From NCBI GenBank assembly GCA_030141605.1, contig JAQGDQ010000180.1, positions 1-64,000 of the forward strand: 64,000 nucleotides of DNA. The letters run 5' to 3'. The position numbers were made by a program, and so were the translations under genes. This DNA is from Tubiluchus corallicola. Lineage: Eukaryota > Animalia > Priapulida. Below, piece by piece: positions 10,952 to 21,180 of this stretch. The notes beneath the pieces are model-generated. The model was not told the DNA's origin. It was given only the letters and a program-made list of their open reading frames with translations, and ran no database searches. Within the stretch, counting starts at the first letter, position 1, and every line of letters begins with the position of its first letter.

Positions 10952-10955
10952 ATTT

Positions 10956-11000
10956 TTCCCTGCTCATAATAAAGATTGGGCAAATATCATAGGGAGGAGG
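10956..11000 (+). promoter_or_regulatory. rpsF 5' leader hairpin (S6:S18 leader-like)
   Basis: TCCCT pairs with AGGGA overlapping the SD; inner stem GCTCA/TGGGC; location matches the known S6:S18-binding leader. Confidence 0.55.
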
Positions 11001-11008
11001 TAGTAATT

Positions 11009-11296
11009 ATGAAAAATTATGAGATCATGTATATAGTTGATCCAAGTGTATCTGAAGAACAAAAAGAAGAGTTGATACAAAAAGTGGAGAGTCTTTTGAA
11101 AAAAAATGATGCAGAGTCTATAGTTACCAAAAAATGGGGCGAGAGAAAATTAGCATACCCAATAGATAAAAAAACAACAGGGTTTTATGTGTTAACTAAT
11201 TTTTCAATTGATGGAAAGTTAATACAAAATATTGAAAAAAAATTAAATATAATTGAAGAATTAATAAGATATATTATTGTTAAAAATGAAAAATAA
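11009..11296 (+). CDS. rpsF: 30S ribosomal protein S6
   Basis: MKNYEIMYI, WGERKLAYPI, IRYIIVK; start moved to ATG 11009 after the AGGAGG SD. Confidence 0.96.
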   Translation: MKNYEIMYIVDPSVSEEQKEELIQKVESLLKKNDAESIVTKKWGERKLAYPIDKKTTGFYVLTNFSIDGKLIQNIEKKLNIIEELIRYIIVKNEK

Positions 11297-11322
11297 TATT
11301 TGTGTTAGGGGATGGTTAAGTA

Positions 11323-11751
11323 ATGTCTATGAATGTGGTAGTTTTAACAGGAAGACTAACAAGAGACCCAGAGCTTAAGTATGGTCAGAGTGGAACAGCT
11401 TATTGTAGGTTTAGCTTAGCTGTAAATAGAGCTTTTGACAAAGATAATACAGACTTTATAAACTGTGTATGTTTTGGAAAAACTGCTGAACTTGTTGGTG
11501 AGTACTTAAGAAAGGGTAAAATGGTAGGGGCAACAGGAAGACTACAAAGTAGTAGCTATGAAGTTGAAGGTCAAAAAAGGTCCCGTTTAGACGTTATTGT
11601 AGATAGAATAGAATTCCTAGAACCTCGTAATTCAACAAGTAATAATTTTGATAATAGCGATGTATTTGATAATATTAAAGAAAGTAAAGAGAATTATAAA
11701 GAATTAGAATCTTCAAAAGATGTTGAAGAAGATGATGATTTCCCATTCTAA
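11323..11751 (+). CDS. ssb: Single-stranded DNA-binding protein
   Basis: MNVVVLTGRLTRDPEL, FSLAVNR, acidic tail DDDFPF; between rpsF and rpsR. Confidence 0.97.
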   Translation: MSMNVVVLTGRLTRDPELKYGQSGTAYCRFSLAVNRAFDKDNTDFINCVCFGKTAELVGEYLRKGKMVGATGRLQSSSYEVEGQKRSRLDVIVDRIEFLEPRNSTSNNFDNSDVFDNIKESKENYKELESSKDVEEDDDFPF

Positions 11752-11784
11752 TATGAAATGGGCATACTGTCAGGAGGTGTAGAA

Positions 11785-12003
11785 TTGGCTGAGTTCAGAA
11801 GAAGAAAAAGAAAACTAAGCATAAAAGTGGAAGATATAAACTATAAAAATGTAGATTTGTTGAAAAGATTTATGTCAGATAAAGGAAAGATTCAACCTGC
11901 AAGAATAACTGGGGCTAATGCAAAAATACAAAGAAAAATAACTCAAGCAATAAAGCAAGCTAGGAATGTAGCGTTATTGCCATATACAAAAAGAGAAAAA
12001 TAA
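11785..12003 (+). CDS. rpsR: 30S ribosomal protein S18 (no Zn-ribbon cysteines)
   Basis: [37 protein letters not shown]; TTG start at 11785 after AGGAGG. Confidence 0.96.
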   Translation: MAEFRRRKRKLSIKVEDINYKNVDLLKRFMSDKGKIQPARITGANAKIQRKITQAIKQARNVALLPYTKREK

Positions 12004-12048
12004 TTTAAAAACATATTTACAAATGGAAATTTTTGAAGTATGCTAGGA

Positions 12049-12095
12049 ATAAAACCTCTTAAGTTACTTATTTATAGTGATTTAAGAGGTTTTAT
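12049..12095. terminator. Intrinsic (probably bidirectional) terminator after rpsR
   Basis: ATAAAACCTCTTAAGTTACT / AGTGATTTAAGAGGTTTTAT 20-bp stem with two G:U pairs and A/T runs at both ends. Confidence 0.75.
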
Positions 12096-12277
12096 GTATT
12101 TAGTAGATACTGATTTTAAAAAGTATTACTCACCTTTAGTTGTTGTTTTTATAATAAAAAAGTCAATGAAAATATAGATCTAAATAAAAAAAATTAAGCT
12201 AAAAAATTTTTAAATTTAAGAATTAATATTAATATATGAAAGTGATGATAGAATATTTATAATAAGATATATAAATT

Positions 12278-12316
12278 TTTCCTAATTAGGAAATAAGTAT
12301 AAAAATATGATATAAT
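12278..12316 (+). promoter_or_regulatory. Extended -10 promoter with overlapping palindromic operator candidate
   Basis: TG-A-TATAAT at 12308-12316; perfect palindrome TTTCCTAATTAGGAAA at 12278-12293 covering the expected -35 position. Confidence 0.45.
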
Positions 12317-12365
12317 TAAAAATCTTTATATAAAAAAATACCTAAATTTGAAATGAGAGAATTAT

Positions 12366-13001
12366 ATGAAATGTAAAATATGCAAAGAAGAAATAAAAAA
12401 AATATTAACAATAAATAATTGTAAATACTATGAATGTTTAACATGTAATACTATATTTAAAGATAAAAAAGCTTATTTAAATGAAAATAATGAAAAGAAA
12501 AGATATAGTTATCATAAAAATACAATAACTAATGTTGGATATTTAAATATATTTGAGAATTTTTTAGATTTTATTTTTGAAAATATTTCAAAAATGCCTA
12601 CGAAAGGACTAGATTTTGGATGTGGTCCAGGAAATGATCTAGTGCTATCTTGGTTAGTGAAAAAAAAATACCATATAACTATGGATGTTTATGATAAATA
12701 TTTTTACCCAGAAAAAATCTATTTAAAAAAAAGTTATGACATAATTTTTTCAACAGAAGTTTTTGAACACCTAAAGTACCCAATGTCAACTTTTGAAACT
12801 TTATTACAAAGTCTAAATAAAAATGGATATATTGCTATAATGACAAGTTTTATTCCAGAAAATTTTGAATCATGGTACTATAAAAATGATCCAACTCATA
12901 TTATATTTTATTCAGAAAAATCATTTGAATATTTATGTAGTAAACATAACTTAGAAATTGTAGCATCAAATAAAAAAAATGTGCTTCTATTAAAAAAATA
13001 A
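12366..13001 (+). CDS. Class I SAM-dependent methyltransferase with N-terminal CxxC..CxxC
   Basis: CKIC..CLTC, LDFGCGPG motif I, YD.I.STEVFEHL, WYYKNDPTHIIFY. Confidence 0.85.
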   Translation: MKCKICKEEIKKILTINNCKYYECLTCNTIFKDKKAYLNENNEKKRYSYHKNTITNVGYLNIFENFLDFIFENISKMPTKGLDFGCGPGNDLVLSWLVKKKYHITMDVYDKYFYPEKIYLKKSYDIIFSTEVFEHLKYPMSTFETLLQSLNKNGYIAIMTSFIPENFESWYYKNDPTHIIFYSEKSFEYLCSKHNLEIVASNKKNVLLLKK

Positions 13002-13037
13002 AATAATTATTACTAAAATAAATTTAAAGAGGAAAAC

Positions 13038-13439
13038 ATGTTTATAATATTATTATTGTTACTTGATCTATTTTTAAAAATACTTTCTAGTAAAGTAAAA
13101 CAAACACCATTGTCTTATTCTAAAAAAATGAGATTTGTTTATTTAGAAAACCATGGATTTATGTTTGGTTTTTTAAATCATAAAAAATATATTATAAAAA
13201 CAGTTTACATAGTAGTGCTGCTTCTATATTTTAAATACTTTTTTTTAGATGAAAGTAATTACTTATGGAAATATATAATGTGTGCTGGAGTTCTTGGAAA
13301 TGCACTAGAAAGGTTAATAAGAGGATATGTTACAGATTATATCCAAATAGGAAAAATTGTTTTTAATCTTGCAGACTTATATATGTTATTTAGTTTTTTT
13401 TTATTAGTTATAGATAAAATAATAGGGAGAAATATATGA
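13038..13439 (+). CDS. lspA: Signal peptidase II-like (peptidase A8), short form
   Basis: D...K, ENHG.MFG, GNALERL, GYVTDYI, VFNLAD with both catalytic Asp positions kept. Confidence 0.65.
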   Translation: MFIILLLLLDLFLKILSSKVKQTPLSYSKKMRFVYLENHGFMFGFLNHKKYIIKTVYIVVLLLYFKYFFLDESNYLWKYIMCAGVLGNALERLIRGYVTDYIQIGKIVFNLADLYMLFSFFLLVIDKIIGRNI

Positions 13440-14533
13440 AAAAAAAATGCATACTAAATACTTATTATTTTATATATTTCTTAGGTTTTGGATCTTGGAC
13501 AATTTTTAATATACTATATTTTAAAAATATTTTAAATTTTTCAGGAAGTGAATATGGACTAATTAACTCTCTCGGAATACTTGTAAGTATATTTTTTATA
13601 CCTTTTTGGGGAATTATAAGTGATAAGTACAAGAAATATAAAATGGTTTTAAAAATATTAATTATTATTACTATTTTTTTATTAATGATTTATAAAGAAA
13701 TGTATTTATTTATACCTGCAATTATAGCAGGGATATGTGTAGATATTTTTAAGTTTTCAACAATACCTCTTGCAGATAATATTGCAATATCCTACTCACT
13801 AGAAAATAACTATAATTTTGGAAAAATAAGATTATTTGGTTCGTTAGGTTTTATAGGAGCAGCTATTTTAATAGAAAGTTTATTAAAAATAGGATTTTCA
13901 ATAAAAATTATATTCAACATATATATAATATCTCTTATAGGTTGTTGGTTATTAATAGATCTATTTCCTGATACAAGTGTAAATACAAAAAAAATAAAAT
14001 TAAAAAAAGATTTGCCAGTATTAGTAAAAAATAATAAATTTGTATTAATTAGCATTATATTCTTCTTATTTATGGGAACAATATCATCATCTATATCTTA
14101 TATGGGAATTTATATAGATACATTTGGAAGCTATACTTTAGGTATTGGGTTAGGCATACTATTATCAGTTTTTCCAGAAATTCCATTTATGTATATAGTA
14201 GATAAGCTTCTTTTAAAATATGGTATTATAAAGCTTATATTATTTGCTATTTTAATTTCTTTGTTTAGGTGGTTGGTTTATTATTTCTCTAAAGACATTT
14301 ATATTTACTATGTACTAGCTACTTTTCACGGAATAGTAAATGGTTTAGTTCTTACATCTGGAGCTATATATGTAAAAAAAAATACCCCTAAAAAAATGTC
14401 TGCAACTTCTTTAACAGTTTTTAACTCTATAGGCTACCTAGGAGGAACAGCTTTTGTAAATCTTATAACAGGAATAACTATAGAAAAATTTGCATTAGGC
14501 ATTTCGGCAGGATCAAAGTCCATATCAAAATAA
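13436..14533 (+). pseudogene. MFS transporter (MFS_1-like / YwbF-type), C-terminally cut at the bacteria-eukaryote junction
   Basis: PFWGIISDK, FGKIRLFGSLGF, PEIPFM, FRW motifs; ends shortly after G.TIEKF with no final TM helix, and the last ~13 codons read into non-bacterial sequence. Confidence 0.75.
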
Positions 14534-14755
14534 GTATCGAATTAATTACTGTATTCAGTTTTTTCAGCAAATATACTGTTAGTAACAGATCATTCAACCA
14601 GATGTCACTTTTAATAGGAAATAATGCACAAAACGCATTCAAGAGGAGCCCTTCAAGCTGAGCAGAATCAAAACATTCATTTCTAGCGTGTTTTGTCATA
14701 TTGGTTTAATTAGATGGACGACTTGGCGAAGATTTAGTGTATGATACAAATTACA

Positions 14756-14895
14756 GTCGTCGTCGTCGTCGTCGTCGTCGTCTTCATCATCACGATAGTC
14801 ATCATCGTCAACATCGTCATCATTTTCATCATCATCATTATCGTCGTCGTCCTCGTCGTCATCAACATCGTCATCATCTTCACCATCATCATCAT
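14756..14895. repeat. Compound (GTC)n/(ATC)n trinucleotide repeat
   Basis: Visible tandem triplets. Confidence 0.95.
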
Positions 14896-16269
14896 CTGGC
14901 TTGGTGTAGTTAATTTATCAATATTTATAAATCGTCGCATTGCACGTTCAACTTTGATTTCTTATCCTTTTGTGAATGAACTTAAGGTATGTTCGTCATC
15001 GAATTAAAATGAAATTGTGAGGCTCTATGGTTTCCACGAAAAATTCTTTAATTACTCAATAAACAACCCAAAAAACTTGCCTGGACATGACATCACTAAC
15101 CAAAATTACCGAGAAAGAGAAACCCTAGAACAACGCCTCCTTACGGCACTGTCTTGACAAGTTTGGGGGCTTAAAAGGGGACCGAGTTTCGCACGGCAAG
15201 TTTCAAGAAACAAGCAGTACAATTTGTTTCATAGGTACAAGGGTAATCATAGAGGGCGCTTAGTGACCAGAGGGAGTGAGACAATGTCGGCGGTAGTGGG
15301 CAAATGTCGAAATCTGCCGAACTGCTGTTTGTCTCATTGGGAGCAGACGTCCAACGTCAAGACACCCCTGTTGGTTGCTATATCACCAGGCTCGAGATAT
15401 ATTACTGATAAGTGATATATTATCGTCACTTAAATTACAGCTAAAAACACTTGGGTTTCAACAAATGCCCCAAATTACTCTTATAGTGATCGTAGACTAG
15501 CTGTTCCTCAAACACGAATGCGGGTTGCCTTTTCTCAACTAAACTTTGACCTGAATCAGAAGGATGTAAAAACTATGATGGAACCCCTGTTTTACCTACC
15601 TGTAGATGCGGTGCCCCTTTTGAATCCATTAATCATTTTCTAATTAGCTGCCCGTTATATCACCAAATCCGAGATATATTACTAAGTAAACTCTGTGCTT
15701 TGTTAATTTCTCATAATATTAGAATTTATAATCTGTCAACAAATAAACTCGTTTATCTGCTTCTTCAAGGAAATCATCACTTACATATCACTTTTAATAT
15801 TCAAGTATTTAAGCTTGAACAGAAATTCATATTTCTTACTCAACGCTTCGAACCATTGTATCAGTTTATATAGATTACATAGTAACATTAATGTCTTTCT
15901 CAACATTATGCTATGTATGTGTATATAATGCTAGTAGTCACACCGTAATGCTTCTACTATTGTCTGCACTCTACGTTTCATTGGTGAGAACATTCATCAG
16001 TTGTTAAAAACTGTCTGTTTAAGTCCTATTGCAATACTTGTTATTCAATAAAAATATGTTTAAACCCCTGCTGGTTCAGTATCTCAACTTGGAGAATTAT
16101 ATTTTATAATTATATACGTTCAGGTCCTGCCACAACTATCAAACAACAAGTAGGCCCTGTTCTTGAGTAGTGGATTCCGGGTTACTGCCAAATGTTTGTG
16201 CCTTTAGGTCAGCTTGACCACACTAAAAACATACTTGGAAGATGCAGCAACACTGTTAAAGCTTAACAA

Positions 16270-16725
16270 TTCATCTTGAAATTTTATATCACTTACATGT
16301 TGTCTTATTGCATACAGGGCTTTCCTTAACAGCAACACTGTATAAAACTTGTAAATTTAAACTGCCGCAATGACCGTTACGTGCAGCCATTTGAAACATT
16401 AACAGCTAGTCATTTGAAAGAAGTTTAGATAACATTACCTTAAGTTTGAAAAGATAATCAGAGCATTCATAGAGCACACTTCACTAACTAAGCCAAAGTT
16501 TAAATTACTTTATATTGTCAATAAGATTAATAACGTATTTTTTGGTGAATCAGTGGTGCACACTGGGGTGGCAAGGCTGTGCGGTTTTACCAGGTGGTGC
16601 GAATATTTCAAATTATTAACAATTTTCTCTTTCAGTTACGTAAGTCTGTCAACAGGTACACGTAATCTAAGCCAATACAACTTTGAATAGTAAAAATACA
16701 TTAAAATTTCATTTTCTTCCCTTTA
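16270..16725 (+). mobile_element. Partial copy of Kolobok-type MITE family A
   Basis: Colinear with 41633-42299 and 47382-48058 (catacagggc, gcagccattt, ataatcagagcattc); termini not seen. Confidence 0.65.
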
Positions 16726-16806
16726 ATTTCACTTAATTCAAACGGTTGTAAACTGATTTTGTATTAAAACTGAATTTAGTAATGAAATCCTAATCATGTA
16801 ACTCAC

Positions 16807-16889
16807 TTGGAATATCTGGAATGCCGATCATCCCATTCGGGATAAGGGCCCGTAACTCCTGGCATCATCTATCACAGCTTCATAGGATC
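16807..16889 (-). other. Candidate spliced host exon with start codon (MMPGVTGPYPEWDDRHSRYS...)
   Basis: Minus strand: TTTTTGTTTCAG acceptor, 83-nt GC-richer exon, GTGAGT donor; ATG at 16868 preceded by in-frame stops and open to the donor. Confidence 0.45.
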
Positions 16890-17042
16890 CTGAAACAAAA
16901 AGGACACCTTGATTACATTTCAAAGGGATAAGATCACAAACGATCACTATGTAAGATGAACTATATTCAGAGTGAACAGTTTAGTGTAGTAAATGTCGTT
17001 ACAAACATTCCCTACTTTTAAATAACCAGTAACATTGGACAC

Positions 17043-17330
17043 AAAGGCTGTTTCATAGAACCCAAAGGCTGTTTCATGGAACTCAAACGCCGTTTCGTGG
17101 AACCTAAAGGCGTTTCACAGCACATAAAGACTGTTTCACAGCACCCAAAGGCTGTTTCACAGCACCCAAAGGCTGTTTCACAGCACTCAAAGGCTCTTTC
17201 ATAGCACCCAAAGGCTGTTTCATAGAACCAAAGGCAGTTTCATAGCACCCAAAGGCTGTTTCATGGAACTCAAAGGCTGTTTCACAACACCCAAAAGCTG
17301 CTCCATAGCATTCAAAGGCTGCCTCACAGA
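17043..17330. repeat. 21-bp minisatellite (~14 degenerate copies)
   Basis: Unit cccaaaggctgtttcacagca. Confidence 0.9.
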
Positions 17331-18489
17331 AATTAGGGAAATTTTACTTCATCGCGGAAAGCCTTTTTAGTTGTACGAACCTAAGAAGAGTGAAAAAAGA
17401 CTCATACTTTTAACAGGGAAGTAAACGCAGAGAAAACTTCAACGTACAACGAGCTCTTCAGAACGGAAAGGGTTGAACAAGAATCAGAACTTCCTTGACA
17501 CGGTTACTTTCGCCCCTTTCGCACGCAATTAAAACGCGTAGACTTCTTTCACGACTAGTCTCATCTGTCAGCGCTGATCAAAATCATCTAATGCTTTTCA
17601 ACCATCTCTGATCTAGCCTTTGTAAGAACGTCTCAATTCTCCACACCTGTCGTAGTTTTCTGTTTATTGATAAACAAACTAAACAATATGGGCAACATGG
17701 AATCTGACTGAACAGTTCACGCAAGCAATTTCTCGCGGACACGAAAACAAACCATTCTACGATCAAAGTGTGGATTGCGAGGCAATGAAAAAAACTACTG
17801 AAAACAATTTTTGAAACTGGTTCAGAATCCCCTGTTTAAGCTTAATACTTTTTCACACGACACGCGTTTGCGCGCGTTTTTTCTCCCATAAAACTGCTAA
17901 AATACATTTTAAATCAAAGAAATTTATGTGATGCGCTTCCACACTGGGAAACGAATTCTTATCTGCGTGTAATTCGTTCACAAAAGAATCAGAATACGTG
18001 AAAAACATCCGCACGCCGTGTACAGCAGCAATTTAAAGCCGTGGATTTACCACCGATCAACTTGTAATGATTACAACGGCAATTTTCCTAGATTTGCTGG
18101 GGTGAATGGCACGGGTTCCTTGCCCAAACATCTACTAACATCAATGATACTGTTTAAATCTTAGATAATAGTAAACTGAAACATTGAATGCCAGGTCAGC
18201 GTCGCGCGTTTTTGTTTCGTTTTGAATAAGCCAATCTCCCTTGGGGGCTGCAGTAAGAATGACACTACAACAGTTATAGAGGACACCCGTACTTTGAAAC
18301 TTTGTTACGTCACGACCTAACCATACAGCCATACAGTACTAGAACACTCGCATCGATTTTTTTATACGCAAAACACCAAGTAGACAATGTTGTTGAAATC
18401 TCTAATTAGGCATAATTGATCTCGCCCAATATTAGTCAGCTACATTCGGGTACTGAAACTGGATTTATTACAGAATATTTAAAAATGAT

Positions 18490-18555
18490 AGTAAGTAAGG
18501 TAAGTAAGGTAAGGTAAGGTAAGGTAAGGTAAGGTAAGGTAAGGTAAGGTAAGGT

Positions 18556-18619
<64 letters not shown>

Positions 18620-18850
18620 TGTATGTATGTATGTATGTATGTATGTATGTATGTATGTATGTATGTATGTATGTATGTATGTATGTATGTATGTATGTAT
18701 GTATGCATGTAAGTAAGTAAGTAAGTAAGTAAGGTAAGTAAGTTAGTTAGTTAGTTAGTTAAGTAAAGCAAGTATGTAAGTAAGAAAGTAAGTAAGCAAG
18801 TAAGTAAGTAAGCAAGCAAGCAAGTACGTAAGCAAGCAAGCAAGCAAGTT
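18490..18850. repeat. Compound microsatellite (GTAAG/GTAA/GTAT/GTTA/GCAA)
   Basis: Visible tandem units. Confidence 0.97.
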
Positions 18851-19226
18851 ACCAACCAACCATCTAAACTAAAAATGATAATAAGAGTTTCCTATTAGTT
18901 GTAGGATATAAGCAGGTAGCAGGATATAAAAATGTCATGACTATTTTTCCTTTGAACAAACTGTCATCAAATGATTTACTTACACCATTCCAATTCTTGG
19001 CCTTTTTGAAACTTGTAACTGGATAATTTCAAACGTTCTGTGTCGGCAGTAGGATATAATCCCAAACATACTCCCAGGCAAAATCAGTACTTGTAGAAAC
19101 TTACACTCCCTAATTTAGCAAGCCATCGAATATTTATTTTCATACGAAACACGTGTGAAACATTCCTATTCTCTGCATCAATTACCGTTTGCATTTTTAT
19201 ACTAAAATGCAACAGTTCACAATGGG

Positions 19227-19524
19227 TTGGTTGGCATCCTGTCTCGGAAGACAATGGAGCGTGCACCAGGAGAGTCAGTTATTGATCACATTGATGGAGC
19301 TGCAGCATCGACTGTGGCTGAGCAGTCCGATCTTTGAACGTCTCCAGGGCGCACACCTGGGCAAGGTGTATGGAGATCCTGAGTTGCCCAGACAACAGGA
19401 ACCCCCTCTCTTCCTCACTGGTGTAGTCCAAAGGAAAGCGGAGCGATACGTTTGGCACCAGGTTGGCTGCAGCAGCTGCGGGAGTGAGTGAGCACGCTGC
19501 ACTGGTCCGCCTTCGGGGCTCCAC
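19227..19524 (-). mobile_element. Bipartite RTE-derived non-autonomous retroelement, copy 1
   Basis: 10-bp TSD TCACAATGGG (19217-26 / 19525-34); encodes RTE C-terminal-like SKIGLLSHSRCC; 3' end ccattgtcttccgagacaggatgccaacc; homologous to the copies at 29807 and 37197. Confidence 0.75.
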
Positions 19525-19874
19525 TCACAATGGGCAATATATCAAATTAAAAACTAATTATCTACTATACGCTTATCGATTTAAAGTGTCACAAGACTTA
19601 GTTTTGATGAATTCGTGTTGCTGTTACGTAGGCTCTAAAGTTAATGTGCCACTTCGGCATACTCTGTTAATGCTGCCAAGCGAGTTTTGACCCTTGAATC
19701 TAATTAGATCAATATTAACCGAAAATAGCACCAAAAATTCTTAATATATGCACTGCCCTACAGACATATTGACAATCAGTTACGTCAAATAACTGCTTTA
19801 TTTTTTACTCTGAACCGAAGCGGCAAATTTTGACCGAGGAGGGTGACCAGCAGAAATTTACGTACTCCCACAAA

Positions 19875-20476
19875 AAACTTGGTCTTGAAATTTTAAACAA
19901 CTGTCTTCTTGCATACAGGGCTTTTTGACGATACATACATACATACGCAGCCATTTTGACGATAAAATCTCCAGAAACAAGTTTAGATAGCACCGAGTAA
20001 AGTTTGAAAAAATAATCAGAGCATTCGTAGTGTATGCGTCACTAAGTAAAATTTTAAATTGCCGTATCTTGTCAATAAAATTGAAAATAAGTTTTTTTAG
20101 CTAGTGAGTGGTGCACCCTGGAGGTGAATCAGCGACATTTTACCAGTTGGTCAAAACATTTTAAATAATTAATAATTTTCTTTTCTAGTTACATAAGTCT
20201 TTCAAGCAGGTAAGCGAAATGCCAAGTAACACAATTTTGCGTAGAAAGTTTTTCGGGACACAATTTAACATTTCCTTTTCTTTTCCTGATTTACGTTGCG
20301 CGTATATGACGTTACGTAACGGCGCGGTAGAAACAGTATTGCTGGAGATTTAAAATGAAAACCAACAAAAAATCCTCTCCACGCGAGTACGATATACGCA
20401 TAAAATTGCTGTAAAGTTATGTAATTTTTAATGCGATTTTTCTGAAACGTACTTCAAATACCTGTTTTCTTGTCCT
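19875..20476 (+). mobile_element. Kolobok-type MITE family A, 5' end degraded
   Basis: Right terminus TTTTCTTGTCCT followed by TTAA (20477-80); body colinear with other A copies. Confidence 0.7.
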
Positions 20477-20840
20477 TTAATAGACAAAATGCTTAAAAAT
20501 ACATGACACTAAATTACTAGCTTATCAAGAGGCACCTTCAAGGCTTCGACAGCCACAGCAGCAACTCCCACACCTTTGGGCCATTCTATTGTATTGTCAA
20601 AGCTCAAAGCTCGTAAAAACATGTAAAAGAGCGGAAAAAGTAGCACAGAGAGAGATACCACCACATACCTCTGCTCATCCATTAGCATAGATAGCAAGTT
20701 GGCAACTTTAGTTCAGTGACCTACGCCCCAAGCTTTCTGCAGTAGTAGCTTTGTGCAAGTTGATAATGGTTCTACTGTCAAACGGGTCTAACCTACAGTA
20801 GTGGTTCACTTTTGAATCGTTCTTGCACTGGAATCACCGA

Positions 20841-21180
20841 TATTCCATACTTAAACGTTCACAACGAATTATATTCCATACATAAACGTTTACAACGAAC
20901 TATATTCCATACTTAAACGTTTACAAAGAACTATATTCCATACTTAAACGTTTACAAGGAACTATACTACTCCATACTTACACGTTTACAACGAACTATA
21001 TTCCATACTTAAACGTTTACAACGAACTATATTCCATATTTAAACGTTTACAACGAATTATATTTCATACATAAACGTTTACAACGAATTATATTCCATA
21101 CTTAAACGTTTACAACGAACTATATTCCATACTTAAACGTTTACAACGAATTATATTCCATACTTAAACGTTTACAACAA
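20841..21180. repeat. 31-bp minisatellite (~11 copies)
   Basis: Unit tattccatacttaaacgtttacaacgaa(c/t)ta. Confidence 0.95.

Noticed and set aside
10976-11784. ORF-track starts for rpsF (10976) and rpsR (11758)
   Set aside because: SD positions and family N-termini support 11009 and 11785 instead.
5316-14055. Minus-strand short ORFs within the bacterial block
   Set aside because: Antisense shadows of well-supported plus-strand genes.
1-14490. Organelle (plastid or mitochondrial) origin of the AT-rich block
   Set aside because: A full mur/ftsQAZ set with gmhB and ssb in operons with SD sites, read in the standard bacterial code, is not organellar gene content.
14734-15007. Hydrophobic 88-aa and 68-aa ORFs
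   Set aside because: Translations of the (GTC)/(ATC) microsatellite; the same applies to ORFs at 18436, 22706, 27640 and 63333.
19227-19524. HDV-like ribozyme or snRNA pseudogene in the 3-copy GC-rich element
   Set aside because: I could not build the nested pseudoknot by eye; RTE terminal motifs explain the sequence better.
20841-21180. CRISPR-like 31-bp repeats
   Set aside because: Head-to-tail with no spacers.
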